Virus record (IMG/VR): IMGVR_UViG_3300005607_000414
Length of the DNA stretch: 64,000 nucleotides
From: an uncultured virus (IMG/VR IMGVR_UViG_3300005607_000414)
Taxonomy: Duplodnaviria; Heunggongvirae; Uroviricota; Caudoviricetes
Reading direction: 5' to 3' (one strand)
The position numbers and the translations under genes are program-made. A model generated the notes under the pieces. It was given only the letters and a program-made list of their open reading frames with translations, was not told where the DNA came from and searched no databases. Below, piece after piece: positions 48,491 to 57,595 of this stretch; position 1 is the first letter of the stretch; each line of letters begins with the position of its first letter.

Positions 48491-49036
48491 TTACGCCTTC
48501 CTCGCGTACTCGATCCAGGCGGCATCGAGGTAGAGCGCGTCACCGGCATGCGCGCCAGGAACGAGCGCGAGGTTGAGCACCTCCGGCGCGGCGGGCACGT
48601 CGGCGGCGGCGAGCGTTACCACGTACTCCGCGCGAGCCTGCGCGATGGTCGGAGTCGCTGCGCCGCACTCCGTGTCACCCACGCCGAAGAACGCCTGCAC
48701 GTCGATGTTGACCGTGTTCGCGTTCGCATCCTTGGCGCAGATGAGGTGGACCTCCATCGGCGCGGCGTCGTCCAGATCGGGAGGGAGGGCGACGGCGGGA
48801 AACTGCAACTCCACCTGCGACCCCGCCGCCCACGTAAGCCGGAGCGCCTTGTCGGTCGCGGAGTTGATGCGCTGGAGGATCGGCGCGGTGTTGCCGTCCG
48901 GACGCCCGCCCTCCGTCGTGTTCTGCACGACGTTGGCGGCGATGATGACGGCGTTGGCAAAATCGAGCGGGATCAACCCGACCTTCAGGTTTCCGTACTG
49001 CTCGATCATGCGGATCGTCTGAACCTGCTTGGACAT
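48491..49036 (-). CDS. virion accessory protein
   Basis: 181 aa in head cluster. Confidence 0.65.
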   Translation of the reverse strand: MSKQVQTIRMIEQYGNLKVGLIPLDFANAVIIAANVVQNTTEGGRPDGNTAPILQRINSATDKALRLTWAAGSQVELQFPAVALPPDLDDAAPMEVHLICAKDANANTVNIDVQAFFGVGDTECGAATPTIAQARAEYVVTLAAADVPAAPEVLNLALVPGAHAGDALYLDAAWIEYARKA

Positions 49037-49255
49037 TTACCTTTTCCCCTTCCTGGCGGCAGGCGCCGCCTCCTTGTGCTGCGCTGCGGGCGGCGCGCTG
49101 GTCACTTGGCGCGTCTCGAACAACTGCCGCAGGCGGCGCGTGGGAATGCCTTCGACCAATTCTCCGGGCTGGACCGAGTGGCCGTTATACAGGAAGGGCC
49201 GGTTCACGATGAACCGGCCTTCCGGGTTGAACTTCGGCAGAGAGCGGTAAGCCAT
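49037..49255 (-). CDS. small head-associated protein
   Basis: MAYRSLPKFNP...QPGELV...RRLRQL; follows capsid. Confidence 0.6.
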   Translation of the reverse strand: MAYRSLPKFNPEGRFIVNRPFLYNGHSVQPGELVEGIPTRRLRQLFETRQVTSAPPAAQHKEAAPAARKGKR

Positions 49256-49266
49256 CGGGCACCTGC

Positions 49267-50256
49267 TTACGCGACGGCGTCCTTGAAAAAGTACCCGAGT
49301 TCCGTGGCGACGAGCTTGATGTCGAAGGCCATCTCGATCTCCACGATGTCGCTGGCGATGATCTCCCAGCGATACCGCTTGACACGGTTGCCTTCGTTGC
49401 CCGCGCCGAGGTAGCCGGTCCACCCGAAGGTGTACGCAGCAGACGGCGTGAGCAAGCCCGGATTGGGCGCCACGTGGCACAGGAGCGCGTTCTTGCCGCC
49501 GATGAAGGAGTGCGAAGCCGCCACGCCCTCGTCTGCGGTGTTCTCGATGGACCCCATGACGAGGATGCGGTCGATCTCCAGGATGGCCGCGAGGGCCTCG
49601 CGGGTGATGCGCGCGGGACCGCCGTTGGTCTGGCCGTACTTCACGCGGTCCACGAGGTCCGGATGATCCACGAGCTTCAGCCACACGGGTTCGCTGATGA
49701 CGAGCGTGTTGGCCGGGTAACCCGTGGCCTGTTTGATGGCCAGTTTGCCCGCGCGGATGTCCTCGATGGGCGTCGAGGCGCCGTCGTTCCACTGAAGGAA
49801 CTCGCCAGCACCAGGCGCGGCGGCTTTGCCCGCCACGTCGGTGGCCCACTTGCTGGCTGCGAAGAGGTTGGCGGCGAAAATCTTCTCGCGCCGGATGAGC
49901 GCCTGCTGCGTGAGGAACTCCGTGGCGTCCCGATCCATGTTGAGCACGGCGTCGGCGTTGCCGCGCAACTGGTCGGGGATCGGCTTCGACTCGGCCCACA
50001 CGTCGCAGAAGTACGTCGGCGTGTTGTCGAGCTTGTAGCCGACGCTCGTGGCGGGAGTGCCGGGAGCGCGCTTCTGCATCTGGTCGCGGAAGAAGTCGCC
50101 CCGGTTATAGACGTAATACCGGTCGGACTGCTTGGAGACCGGGATCACGGGAGCGAACTGCGCGGCCACGAACTCCGTCTGGCTTTGCAGGTACGCGATG
50201 CTGATCTGCGTCAGCGGCGTGTTTACATGGACATCACCGGGAGTCGGCGTGTACAT
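49267..50256 (-). CDS. major capsid protein (lambda E-like)
   Basis: LTQISIAY..APVIPV..W....TPIEDI..ELGYFFKDAVA; AAAGGAG RBS. Confidence 0.9.
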   Translation of the reverse strand: MYTPTPGDVHVNTPLTQISIAYLQSQTEFVAAQFAPVIPVSKQSDRYYVYNRGDFFRDQMQKRAPGTPATSVGYKLDNTPTYFCDVWAESKPIPDQLRGNADAVLNMDRDATEFLTQQALIRREKIFAANLFAASKWATDVAGKAAAPGAGEFLQWNDGASTPIEDIRAGKLAIKQATGYPANTLVISEPVWLKLVDHPDLVDRVKYGQTNGGPARITREALAAILEIDRILVMGSIENTADEGVAASHSFIGGKNALLCHVAPNPGLLTPSAAYTFGWTGYLGAGNEGNRVKRYRWEIIASDIVEIEMAFDIKLVATELGYFFKDAVA

Positions 50257-50291
50257 CGTTCAGTTCTCCTTTCGTTGTCTGTGCGGGCAAT

Positions 50292-50326
50292 AAAAAAGGC
50301 CCCGGAGCCTCGCGGCCCGGAGCCTT
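50292..50326 (-). terminator. intrinsic terminator between decoration and capsid genes
   Basis: AGGCTCCGGGCC-GCGA-GGCTCCGGGGCCT followed by T run on minus strand. Confidence 0.7.
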
Positions 50327-50349
50327 GTTCGCACCCGCTTGTTGGTTGA

Positions 50350-50712
50350 CTACCGCTGAAGGATCAGCAGGGCGGGGATGATGGACCCGTCCCCGGCGCC
50401 CGCAGCCAGAGCCCTTGCGAGGATCTTCCCCGCAGCCTGCGTCACTGCCTTACCAGCAGCGTCCGCTTCGAGCAACGCGCCGTTCGCCACGGCAGCGCCG
50501 CACATGACCTTGACCACCATGCCAGGCGTCGCATAGAGCGCGCAGGGACGGCCCGCCGCAGCGGGCTTATCCGCAATCACTCCGTCCGCGGCAAGGCCCG
50601 CGCCGGTCACCGCCACCCCGGTAGCACCGATGGTGCCGAACAGAAACTGCTTCGCAGAGAGGTCGGCACTGGCAGGAACGGAAATCGCTTGGTTTCCAAC
50701 TTCGTAAGCCAT
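50350..50712 (-). CDS. head decoration/capsid cement protein
   Basis: ASADLSAKQF..GVIADKP..GAAVANGALL..DAAGKAV. Confidence 0.8.
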   Translation of the reverse strand: MAYEVGNQAISVPASADLSAKQFLFGTIGATGVAVTGAGLAADGVIADKPAAAGRPCALYATPGMVVKVMCGAAVANGALLEADAAGKAVTQAAGKILARALAAGAGDGSIIPALLILQR

Positions 50713-50747
50713 CGTTCGTTTCTCCTTTCGTGGATTGGCTCGCCGCC

Positions 50748-52253
50748 TTAGTTCGGCTTCACCGTGGCCGACTTCTCAGCGAGGTACTGCTGGTAAAGAG
50801 CAGGCTGGAGCTTCATCGCCTCCACGTACGCCTGCGCGAACGTGATGTGCTTGCTGGCCGCGATCTGCGTGGCGGCAGCGTTCAACTGCGCCTCCGCGCC
50901 CACCGGAGCAGCGTCGGTGTGCGAACTGATCTGCGTACCCTGCGACTTCGCGGCTTTGCGCGCCAGGAGGGACTCGCGCGCCTGCGCAGGCGTCAGGCGC
51001 TTCGAGATGGCCTCCGCGAGAAATCCGGGTTCACCGGCCAACGTGCAGAGCGCCGCGATCTCCTCGTGCTCGCCGCGGATGCGCGCCTCGATAGCTGCGG
51101 CGTCCGGAGCGGGCGGCGCGGCCGGAGGCGCAGCAGCGGGCTCCGGAGTGGGCGGCGCGGCGGCGGAAGGCTGGGCCGGCGGTTGGGCAGCGGGGGCCGG
51201 AGCCTCCGTGCCAGTCTTCGTTTCGGCGGGCGCAGCACCCTGCGGGTTCGGAACGTCTGCCGGTTTGGTCTCGGTCGTTTGAGGCATCGTCGTATCCTCG
51301 TCCTTTCCTTGCTCGATTTGCGCTTCGGCAGACGCCGTTGCGCGAGACTGCCTGAAGCCCTTCGCCGCCTGAGTCACCGCAGCGAGAGCATCATCAAAAC
51401 TGCCAACCTGATCTGCAAGCCCTGCGGAGATCGCCTTCTCCCCCCAGAACAGGCCCGCATCCGTGTTCCGGATGAGCGCGGGCTTGAGGCCCCGGTTGCG
51501 CGCAACCGCCGTCACGAACATGTCGTAAAGCCGGTCCACCTCCGTTTGGAGGTTCGCGCGGGCGTCGTCCGACAACGGCTGGTGCGTCGAGAAGTCGTTC
51601 TTCCGCGCGCCAGCATAGACCGCCGTGTACTTGCGCCCGACCTTCTCGTCCCATCCGGACTGATCCATGTGGACCGCGATCACGCCGATGGAACCCACGC
51701 CGCCCGTCCTGGTGAGGAACAGGCGTTGCGCGCTCGAAGCCAGAGCGTACGCAGCCGAGAACGCCTCGTCGTTGGCGATGGCGTAACACGGCTTCTGGTC
51801 GCGGACGGCGTACACCTCGTCCGCGAGATCGAACAGCCCGCCGACCTCGCCGCCAGGCGAGTCAACGTCGAGCAGGATGCCGCGGATACCGGGATCGTCG
51901 CGGGCGTCCGCGAGGTGGCTGCGGATCTGCTCGTAAGACTGAAGGCCGGATTCGGCGTCCATCCACGACGCCTTTTTCACCAGCGTGCCGGAGACGGAGA
52001 GAACCGCGATACCGTCCGGAGTCACCGGGTACGGCTTCCGGCCGGATGCGAGGGACAGAATCTCGTCGTCCTCTTCCTCGTCGTCCGGAGCGGGACGGGT
52101 GACCACAACCGGCATCCCCTCGACCACGACATGCTCGCGCATTCCAATGCGCGGGCCGATGGCCTCCAGAATCACCATCAACTTGTCGATCTGGACCATC
52201 AGAGGCACGCCAAACACGCGCGCCGCGAGGTGCGGCAGATAGTTCTGCTTCAC
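50748..52253 (-). CDS. S49 prohead protease with C-terminal scaffold region (lambda C/Nu3-like)
   Basis: LDVDSPGGEV, AFSAAYALAS, VGSIGV; Pro/Ala linker; possible internal start MPQTT. Confidence 0.92.
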   Translation of the reverse strand: MKQNYLPHLAARVFGVPLMVQIDKLMVILEAIGPRIGMREHVVVEGMPVVVTRPAPDDEEEDDEILSLASGRKPYPVTPDGIAVLSVSGTLVKKASWMDAESGLQSYEQIRSHLADARDDPGIRGILLDVDSPGGEVGGLFDLADEVYAVRDQKPCYAIANDEAFSAAYALASSAQRLFLTRTGGVGSIGVIAVHMDQSGWDEKVGRKYTAVYAGARKNDFSTHQPLSDDARANLQTEVDRLYDMFVTAVARNRGLKPALIRNTDAGLFWGEKAISAGLADQVGSFDDALAAVTQAAKGFRQSRATASAEAQIEQGKDEDTTMPQTTETKPADVPNPQGAAPAETKTGTEAPAPAAQPPAQPSAAAPPTPEPAAAPPAAPPAPDAAAIEARIRGEHEEIAALCTLAGEPGFLAEAISKRLTPAQARESLLARKAAKSQGTQISSHTDAAPVGAEAQLNAAATQIAASKHITFAQAYVEAMKLQPALYQQYLAEKSATVKPN

Positions 52254-53899
52254 TTTTTGGGCTCCTTCCCTCGCTTCTTCGTGGGTGGCTTGGCGGGCGT
52301 CTTCGCCGGAGGCTTGGCAGGCTGGCCGCTTTCGCCGCCGTCCGCTTCGCCCTCCGGCGTCACATCCTCGATCTTTTGGGCGCCACGGGCGTCCGTCCTG
52401 CGCGGGTCGGAGTCGAAGACCAACTCCAACTCGTCGGCGCGCTCGTTGTCCTTGGCGATCTGCTGATCGACCGCCTCCTCGTCCTCGCCCGTTTCGTTGA
52501 TGGACATACTGCGCGACTTCAAGCCCGCACGGATCGCCAGCACTTCAGCCTTCACGTCCTTCTCCGGATCAACCCATGCCCACTTCGGCGTGTGGTGCTG
52601 GACCGCCAGATACAGGGAGCGGTTGGCCTGGTAGTCACGGGCATCCAACTCACCGGCCAACACCGCCGCCTCGATGAACGCGCGCCACACCGGACGGCAG
52701 AACTGGTGGATGAAGACGCCGTACTGGATCTGCTCGCAGAGCCTCCGGAACGAGAGGATGCCCGCGCGGATCGAGCTATAGCTCGTCTGCGAGAGATCGC
52801 CGGTCAGCATGTCGTACGGCAGGCCCAAGCCCGCACCAATCCGCAGGAGTGTCTGGCGTTCGAACGCCTCGTAGTTCCCGCCCACGTCGGCGGGATCGGT
52901 GAACTTCACATCCTCGCCGGGTTCGAGATCCATCATCGTCCCGGCTTCGAGTTGCGCCACCTGGACGCCTTGCTCGTTGGACTCGATCTGCCCTCCGGCA
53001 TCGGTCGCCTGCGGCCCGTCCTGCTCGTTGCCGAAGAACGGGTCCTCCGGGTTCTGCCGGATGATGAACGCCATCATCATGGCGGCGAACTTCTTCCGGA
53101 GCAGTTCGGCGTCGTCGTACTGATCGAGTTCCCACAACCGCACGAGTGCGTTGGCCAGCCACGGCACGCCACGGAGTTGGCCGGGGCGCATCGGACGGAA
53201 CACGTGCATGATCTCGTCTGCCGGTACCCGGATCAGATCGAGATAGTTCGGGAAGAACAACCGCTCGCCAGGATGCTCCTTGTAGAAGTAGTAAGCCGTC
53301 CTCCGCTTCTGCTGGTCGAACTCGATCGACGCGCGCACGACATTGCCCTGCGGCGTCTCCGGCGTGGGGCGCGCGAGGTAGAACGGCAACTGCTCCGTCT
53401 CCATCAACTGGAGTTGAAGCGGAACAGTCAGGCCCCAATCCATCGGACGGATGTGCTTCCGGACGAAGCACTCGCCGCCTTCCACCATCGACCGGAAGGC
53501 GAGCGCCTGAAAGCCGTAGAAGTCGGTCAAGCCATCGGCATCGCACTCGTTTACGAACTGCGACCAGAGGTTCTGGATCTTCTCCTTCGTGGTCGCGTCC
53601 GGATGAAGCGACTGCGGCTTGATGCCGTTGCCGACAGCGTTGCAGACCCACTCATCGATGGCCTTGCCCGCCCACCCGTCCTTACGGGCGAGGTCGCGGG
53701 AGCGCGCGACCAACTGGTCCGCGCTCTGATACCAGACGGAGTTGACGGCATCGCGGGTCGTGGACCACGTGCCGAGCCGCCGGCCGGTCGTCGCGCCCTC
53801 GTACGGAGACGCGCTCGCGCGGCGCGCGAGCGCACCGCCAGGCGCAACCGCCCCGCTCCGCTTGAAGCGGGTCAAAAAACTGGAGAGTTTGAACGCCAT
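52250..53899 (-). CDS. phage portal protein, lambda family
   Basis: RSRDLAR, VGNGIKP, RPGQLRGVPWL, LTGDLSQTSYSSIRAG, WVDPEKD. Confidence 0.95.
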   Translation of the reverse strand: MAFKLSSFLTRFKRSGAVAPGGALARRASASPYEGATTGRRLGTWSTTRDAVNSVWYQSADQLVARSRDLARKDGWAGKAIDEWVCNAVGNGIKPQSLHPDATTKEKIQNLWSQFVNECDADGLTDFYGFQALAFRSMVEGGECFVRKHIRPMDWGLTVPLQLQLMETEQLPFYLARPTPETPQGNVVRASIEFDQQKRRTAYYFYKEHPGERLFFPNYLDLIRVPADEIMHVFRPMRPGQLRGVPWLANALVRLWELDQYDDAELLRKKFAAMMMAFIIRQNPEDPFFGNEQDGPQATDAGGQIESNEQGVQVAQLEAGTMMDLEPGEDVKFTDPADVGGNYEAFERQTLLRIGAGLGLPYDMLTGDLSQTSYSSIRAGILSFRRLCEQIQYGVFIHQFCRPVWRAFIEAAVLAGELDARDYQANRSLYLAVQHHTPKWAWVDPEKDVKAEVLAIRAGLKSRSMSINETGEDEEAVDQQIAKDNERADELELVFDSDPRRTDARGAQKIEDVTPEGEADGGESGQPAKPPAKTPAKPPTKKRGKEPKK

Positions 53900-54111
53900 T
53901 AGAAGCCCTTGCTCGACATCAGGCGCGTCTGGCGTTTGCGAACGCCCGACTTGGCGCGGTTCGAATTGACCATGTACTGCTGCGCCTTGATCTCCTCATC
54001 CGTGGTGCGGAACTCTACCGCGCGCCCGTCCGGAGCGACGACGCGCTTCTCGGGCGATGCAATGCGGTCCAGCGAGTCCTGAACCTGCTGGTCAGTAAAC
54101 GTGTTTGCCAT
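53899..54111 (-). CDS. head-tail joining protein gpW-like
   Basis: DGRAVEFRT..E...KGF; between terminase and portal. Confidence 0.8.
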   Translation of the reverse strand: MANTFTDQQVQDSLDRIASPEKRVVAPDGRAVEFRTTDEEIKAQQYMVNSNRAKSGVRKRQTRLMSSKGF

Positions 54112-54114
54112 CGC

Positions 54115-56052
54115 TCACATCCCGAAGCGCCCGCTCACCCGCCGGCCACGGCGCGCGGCTGGCGCGGGTGCTTTCGTTGGGGGCGGTGCCTGTACCTGCG
54201 GCGCGGGCCGTGGCGCCGACGCGACCGGCAGGCCCATGCGATCCGCGACGATCTTCCAGTGCTTCTCCTGGAAGCGATCCAGCCCGACGCGCGCCGCCGC
54301 CGCACGGGCGTACACACGGCAGTCCAGAGCCTCGTTGCGGTCGCGCATCTTCTGCCACTCCAGTTTGCGGTAGCCCTTGACGAGCTTCGCCACCAACTGT
54401 TCAGCGGTGATCTGCTTGAAGTACTCCTCGCTGTAGCGCGGGAAGTGGCAGTATCCGGGCGGGAACGGGATTCCCTGTTCGAGATCCTCGTCGGTCGGAC
54501 GTTCAAGCCGGAGCCATCGGTACAACTCCTCCTTCGCCATTCCGGAGTTGACCGGCCAGACTTTAACGCCCCGCTTCAATTTTACGCCCAGCGGTCCAAC
54601 TTCGATCGGAGAAGCAGCACCGATAATCGCGGGAGCGCGCGAGTCGCCTTTGATCACCAGGACGCGATGGCCCTGCCGCCGCGCCCATTCGTACACCTCG
54701 TTGGTCGCGTAACCGGAGTCCACGGCCAACTGAATGATCGGCAACTCCAGTCCGGAAACCGTTGTGAACGTCTCGTTCAGCAGGCCGGTGAGTTTCTCCC
54801 ATACCTGCGGGCGCGCGGTGTCGCCTTCGAAGACCCGGTAGTCAATCGACCACGATTCCTTACCGCGCCCCCACGCGACGACCTCGACCTCGATGCGATC
54901 CCGCTGAACGTCCGCTCCGGCCGTAACGAAGATACCGCCGCGAGGCACGAGGCCGATCTTATACGCCTCGCGCCGGTCGTACAGGATCTTCCAGTCCGGA
55001 GCCTCACCCAGCAGCGTCCACGTTTCGCCCAGCACGGTGTTCACGAAGACCTGAAGCAGCGACGGGTTCTTCTGCGCCTGCTCGAACTGCTTGGCGGCGT
55101 CTCCCCACGAGAACCAGCCGACCGGCGAGTACATGCTCGACAAGTGGAAGCCCGCCGTCTTGCCGTCTCCCTTGGCGGTCGCACGCCACTGGCCGCGCGG
55201 CAGCATCCACTGCTTCTGGTGGTTCTGAATCTCCTGGCCGCAATGCTCGCAGATGTACACCGCCTTCTCCGCTTCGCCCTTGGGCCACCGGAGTTGCGGA
55301 AACTTCAAGACCTGGAACTCCCGGCAGATCGGGCACGGAACGGCGAAGTACCGCTTGTCCGACTCCTCGAACGCCGCCTCGATCCGCGACATGCCGGTGA
55401 TCTTCGGCGTCGAGACGAGGAACACCTTGCGGCGGGCGAACGTGCGGGTGCGCGCCATCGCCAGATTGATCGGGTCGCCCTCGCCGTCCACATCGCCGGG
55501 ATACCCGTCCACCTCGTCCAGGAACAGGTAACGCGCCGCCATCGAGCGCAGGCCGATCGCGCTATTCGCGCCGGTCATCACCAGGACGCCGCCCGGAAAC
55601 TCCTTCGCCAGCACCGTGTTTCCGGAGTCGCGCGAGCGCGGGTCGTGGACGAGGTTTCGGAGCACCTCCGACTCCTCGATCAGGGGATCGACCCTCTGCT
55701 TCGAGTTGCGCTTGGCCATCTCGACGGTCGGCTGCACCGCCATCATCGGGCCTGGCGCCTGATGGATCACGTACCCGATCCAATTGTTACCGCACTCGGT
55801 CCCGCCGATCTGCGCGCCCTTCATGAACACCGTGCGCTCGATCAGGCTGGTCGGCGACAGGCAGTCCATGATCTCGCGCAGGTACGGCGTCCGGTCGGTG
55901 CGCCACTGTCCCGGTTCGCTCGACGCCCGTTGCGAGAGCGTCCGATACTTGTCGGCCCACTGCGAGATCGTGAGGAACGGATCGGGACGCGCGCCAGCAG
56001 CCGCCGACGCCCGGATGATCGCTTCAGTTGACGAGGCTGTCTGCGTAATCAT
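54115..56052 (-). CDS. terminase large subunit, GpA family
   Basis: TPYLREIMD, KGAQIGGTE, LFLDEVDGY, STP, GADVQ, RNEALDCRVYA. Confidence 0.96.
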   Translation of the reverse strand: MITQTASSTEAIIRASAAAGARPDPFLTISQWADKYRTLSQRASSEPGQWRTDRTPYLREIMDCLSPTSLIERTVFMKGAQIGGTECGNNWIGYVIHQAPGPMMAVQPTVEMAKRNSKQRVDPLIEESEVLRNLVHDPRSRDSGNTVLAKEFPGGVLVMTGANSAIGLRSMAARYLFLDEVDGYPGDVDGEGDPINLAMARTRTFARRKVFLVSTPKITGMSRIEAAFEESDKRYFAVPCPICREFQVLKFPQLRWPKGEAEKAVYICEHCGQEIQNHQKQWMLPRGQWRATAKGDGKTAGFHLSSMYSPVGWFSWGDAAKQFEQAQKNPSLLQVFVNTVLGETWTLLGEAPDWKILYDRREAYKIGLVPRGGIFVTAGADVQRDRIEVEVVAWGRGKESWSIDYRVFEGDTARPQVWEKLTGLLNETFTTVSGLELPIIQLAVDSGYATNEVYEWARRQGHRVLVIKGDSRAPAIIGAASPIEVGPLGVKLKRGVKVWPVNSGMAKEELYRWLRLERPTDEDLEQGIPFPPGYCHFPRYSEEYFKQITAEQLVAKLVKGYRKLEWQKMRDRNEALDCRVYARAAAARVGLDRFQEKHWKIVADRMGLPVASAPRPAPQVQAPPPTKAPAPAARRGRRVSGRFGM

Positions 56053-56566
56053 TCAGGCCCTTGCGAATCTCGTCCGTGAGAATCTCGTGGATGCGAGACG
56101 TGTCGAGCGCGTCGGCCCGCTCTGCTGGCACGCCCGCGCCGAGCAGGATGTCCTTCACCTCCGCTGCGATGCTGGCGCACACCCGATCCGCGATGTTGAG
56201 CATCGCGTCCCGGCGCTGCCGGTCGATGTTGAACTGCGCGATCTTTACCTCGTCCTTGGAGACGAGACTGCCGACCTTCTCCTCGTACTCGATCTTGGCG
56301 AGGCGCGCCTGGTAGTGCTCCCGAACCGCCCGCGCCTTGGTGTACTGCGCCGCGCCGAAGCCGTCGCCGTCGTCCTCCGGCTGGCGGCGCGTCCCAATGA
56401 CGGGACCACGCTTGTGCGTATTCGTCTCCCATTCCTGATCGGCGCGGTCGGAGTCGATCCGGCCATCCGGCAGCAGCGAGATCCGGCCAGACGTAATCGC
56501 CTTTTGTACGGTGGAGAGGCCGACGCCACGGTGCCGTGCGTACGCCCTCTGGCTCAAAACTGCCAT
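56024..56566 (-). CDS. terminase small subunit (Nu1-like)
   Basis: SQRAYARHRGVGLSTVQKAITSGRI HTH; YTKARAVREHYQARLAKIEYE..GSLV. Confidence 0.85.
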   Translation of the reverse strand: MAVLSQRAYARHRGVGLSTVQKAITSGRISLLPDGRIDSDRADQEWETNTHKRGPVIGTRRQPEDDGDGFGAAQYTKARAVREHYQARLAKIEYEEKVGSLVSKDEVKIAQFNIDRQRRDAMLNIADRVCASIAAEVKDILLGAGVPAERADALDTSRIHEILTDEIRKGLNDYADSLVN

Positions 56567-56589
56567 CGGAATTCTTTTTGAACTTTCCG

Positions 56590-56628
56590 CTTTACTTCCC
56601 GCGCGACCGGAGTGATGAATCGTCATGC
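56590..56628 (+). promoter_or_regulatory. conserved moron promoter, copy 1
   Basis: CTTTACTTCCCGCGCGACCGGAGTGATGAATCGTCATGC, similar to copies at 57154 and 63133. Confidence 0.65.
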
Positions 56629-56667
56629 GCGGACGACAAGCCGCCAGAAAGGAAAGCAGATACGACC

Positions 56668-57099
56668 ATGACGAACGAGACCAGCACCACCGAAACCGCC
56701 GCCGTTGCGGAACAGAGCGCCAGCCCCGCGCCCGCCACGAAGAAGGCCAGCAAGAAGGCCTCCAAGAAGACCAGCAAGAAGGAAGCGAAGCCTGTCAGCA
56801 AGAAGGCCTCCAAAAAGGACGCCAAGCCCCCCGCCAAGAAGGAAGCGAAGCCCACCGGCAAGAAGACCTCCAAAGCCACGGACGGCCAGCCCCGCGAGGG
56901 CAGCAAGAAGGCCATCGTACTGGACCTCCTGCGCCGCAAGAATGGCGCGACGATGGCCGAGATCGCCAAGGCCACCGACTGGCAGAATCACTCGATTAGG
57001 GGCTTCATCTCCGGCACCCTCACCAAGAAGATGGGGCTGACGGTCGAGAGCAGCAAGAACGAGGCTGGCGACCGCGTGTACCGCATCGCCAGCAAGTAG
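56668..57099 (+). CDS. DUF3489 winged-helix protein with Lys-rich histone-H1-like N-terminus
   Basis: REGSKKAIVLDLLRRKNGATMAEIAKATDWQNHSIRGFISGTLTKKMGL; KKASKK repeats. Confidence 0.9.
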   Translation: MTNETSTTETAAVAEQSASPAPATKKASKKASKKTSKKEAKPVSKKASKKDAKPPAKKEAKPTGKKTSKATDGQPREGSKKAIVLDLLRRKNGATMAEIAKATDWQNHSIRGFISGTLTKKMGLTVESSKNEAGDRVYRIASK

Positions 57100-57118
57100 G
57101 CCTCCATACCGGAGGCCA

Positions 57119-57146
57119 GCCGCCCGGTCCTCCGGGCGGCTTTATT
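57119..57146 (+). terminator. intrinsic terminator
   Basis: GCCGCCCGG-TCCT-CCGGGCGGC-TTTATT. Confidence 0.75.
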
Positions 57147-57153
57147 AGTTCAG

Positions 57154-57220
57154 GGCGCGATTATCCCCTTGATCTTCCGCGCGACCGAAGGGATGAATGG
57201 TCGTGCAAGGAGATAAGCAG
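57154..57220 (+). promoter_or_regulatory. conserved moron promoter and RBS, copy 2
   Basis: GGCGCGATTATCCCCTTGATCTTCCGCGCGACCGAAGGGATGAATGGTCGTGCAAGGAGATAAGCAG-ATG. Confidence 0.7.
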
Positions 57221-57544
57221 ATGGCCAGAGCCAGGAAACAGACCAAAGAGACGACGCCAGGATTTGCGATCAAGATCAACCCGCAAACGGAACTCGGCCT
57301 CGCGATGCTGATCGCGGAAACGGAAGACGGTCACTACGAGCCGGTGGCGGTAGTGTCCTCCGTATCGGAGGCGCGCGAGATTGCCGCCAGCGACTTCGCC
57401 CGCCGCCTCAAGGAAGTAGGGATGGGGTGCGAGGACGTAACCTGCCCCGCGCGGTACGCGATCTGGGCGCAGGGTATTGGCGGCGAGTACAAGCCACTCC
57501 GCGAATACGAGATCGACGGCACCGCCCCGCAGATCGAATGGTAG
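57221..57544 (+). CDS. hypothetical moron protein
   Basis: AAGGAG RBS, own promoter and terminator. Confidence 0.75.
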   Translation: MARARKQTKETTPGFAIKINPQTELGLAMLIAETEDGHYEPVAVVSSVSEAREIAASDFARRLKEVGMGCEDVTCPARYAIWAQGIGGEYKPLREYEIDGTAPQIEW

Positions 57545-57560
57545 CGCGCCCCGCGCGCCA

Positions 57561-57587
57561 GCCGCCCCGAGACGGGCGGCTTCTTTG
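57561..57587 (+). terminator. intrinsic terminator
   Basis: GCCGCCC-CGAGAC-GGGCGGC-TTCTTT. Confidence 0.7.
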
Positions 57588-57595
57588 CTTCTTGC

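Noticed and set aside
50493..50510. Possible self-target of guide A3/B3 (CAGCGCCGCACATGACCT vs TGCCGCCGGCCATGACCT)
   Set aside because: Only 13/18 identity in GC-rich DNA, plausible by chance; my by-eye target search was not exhaustive
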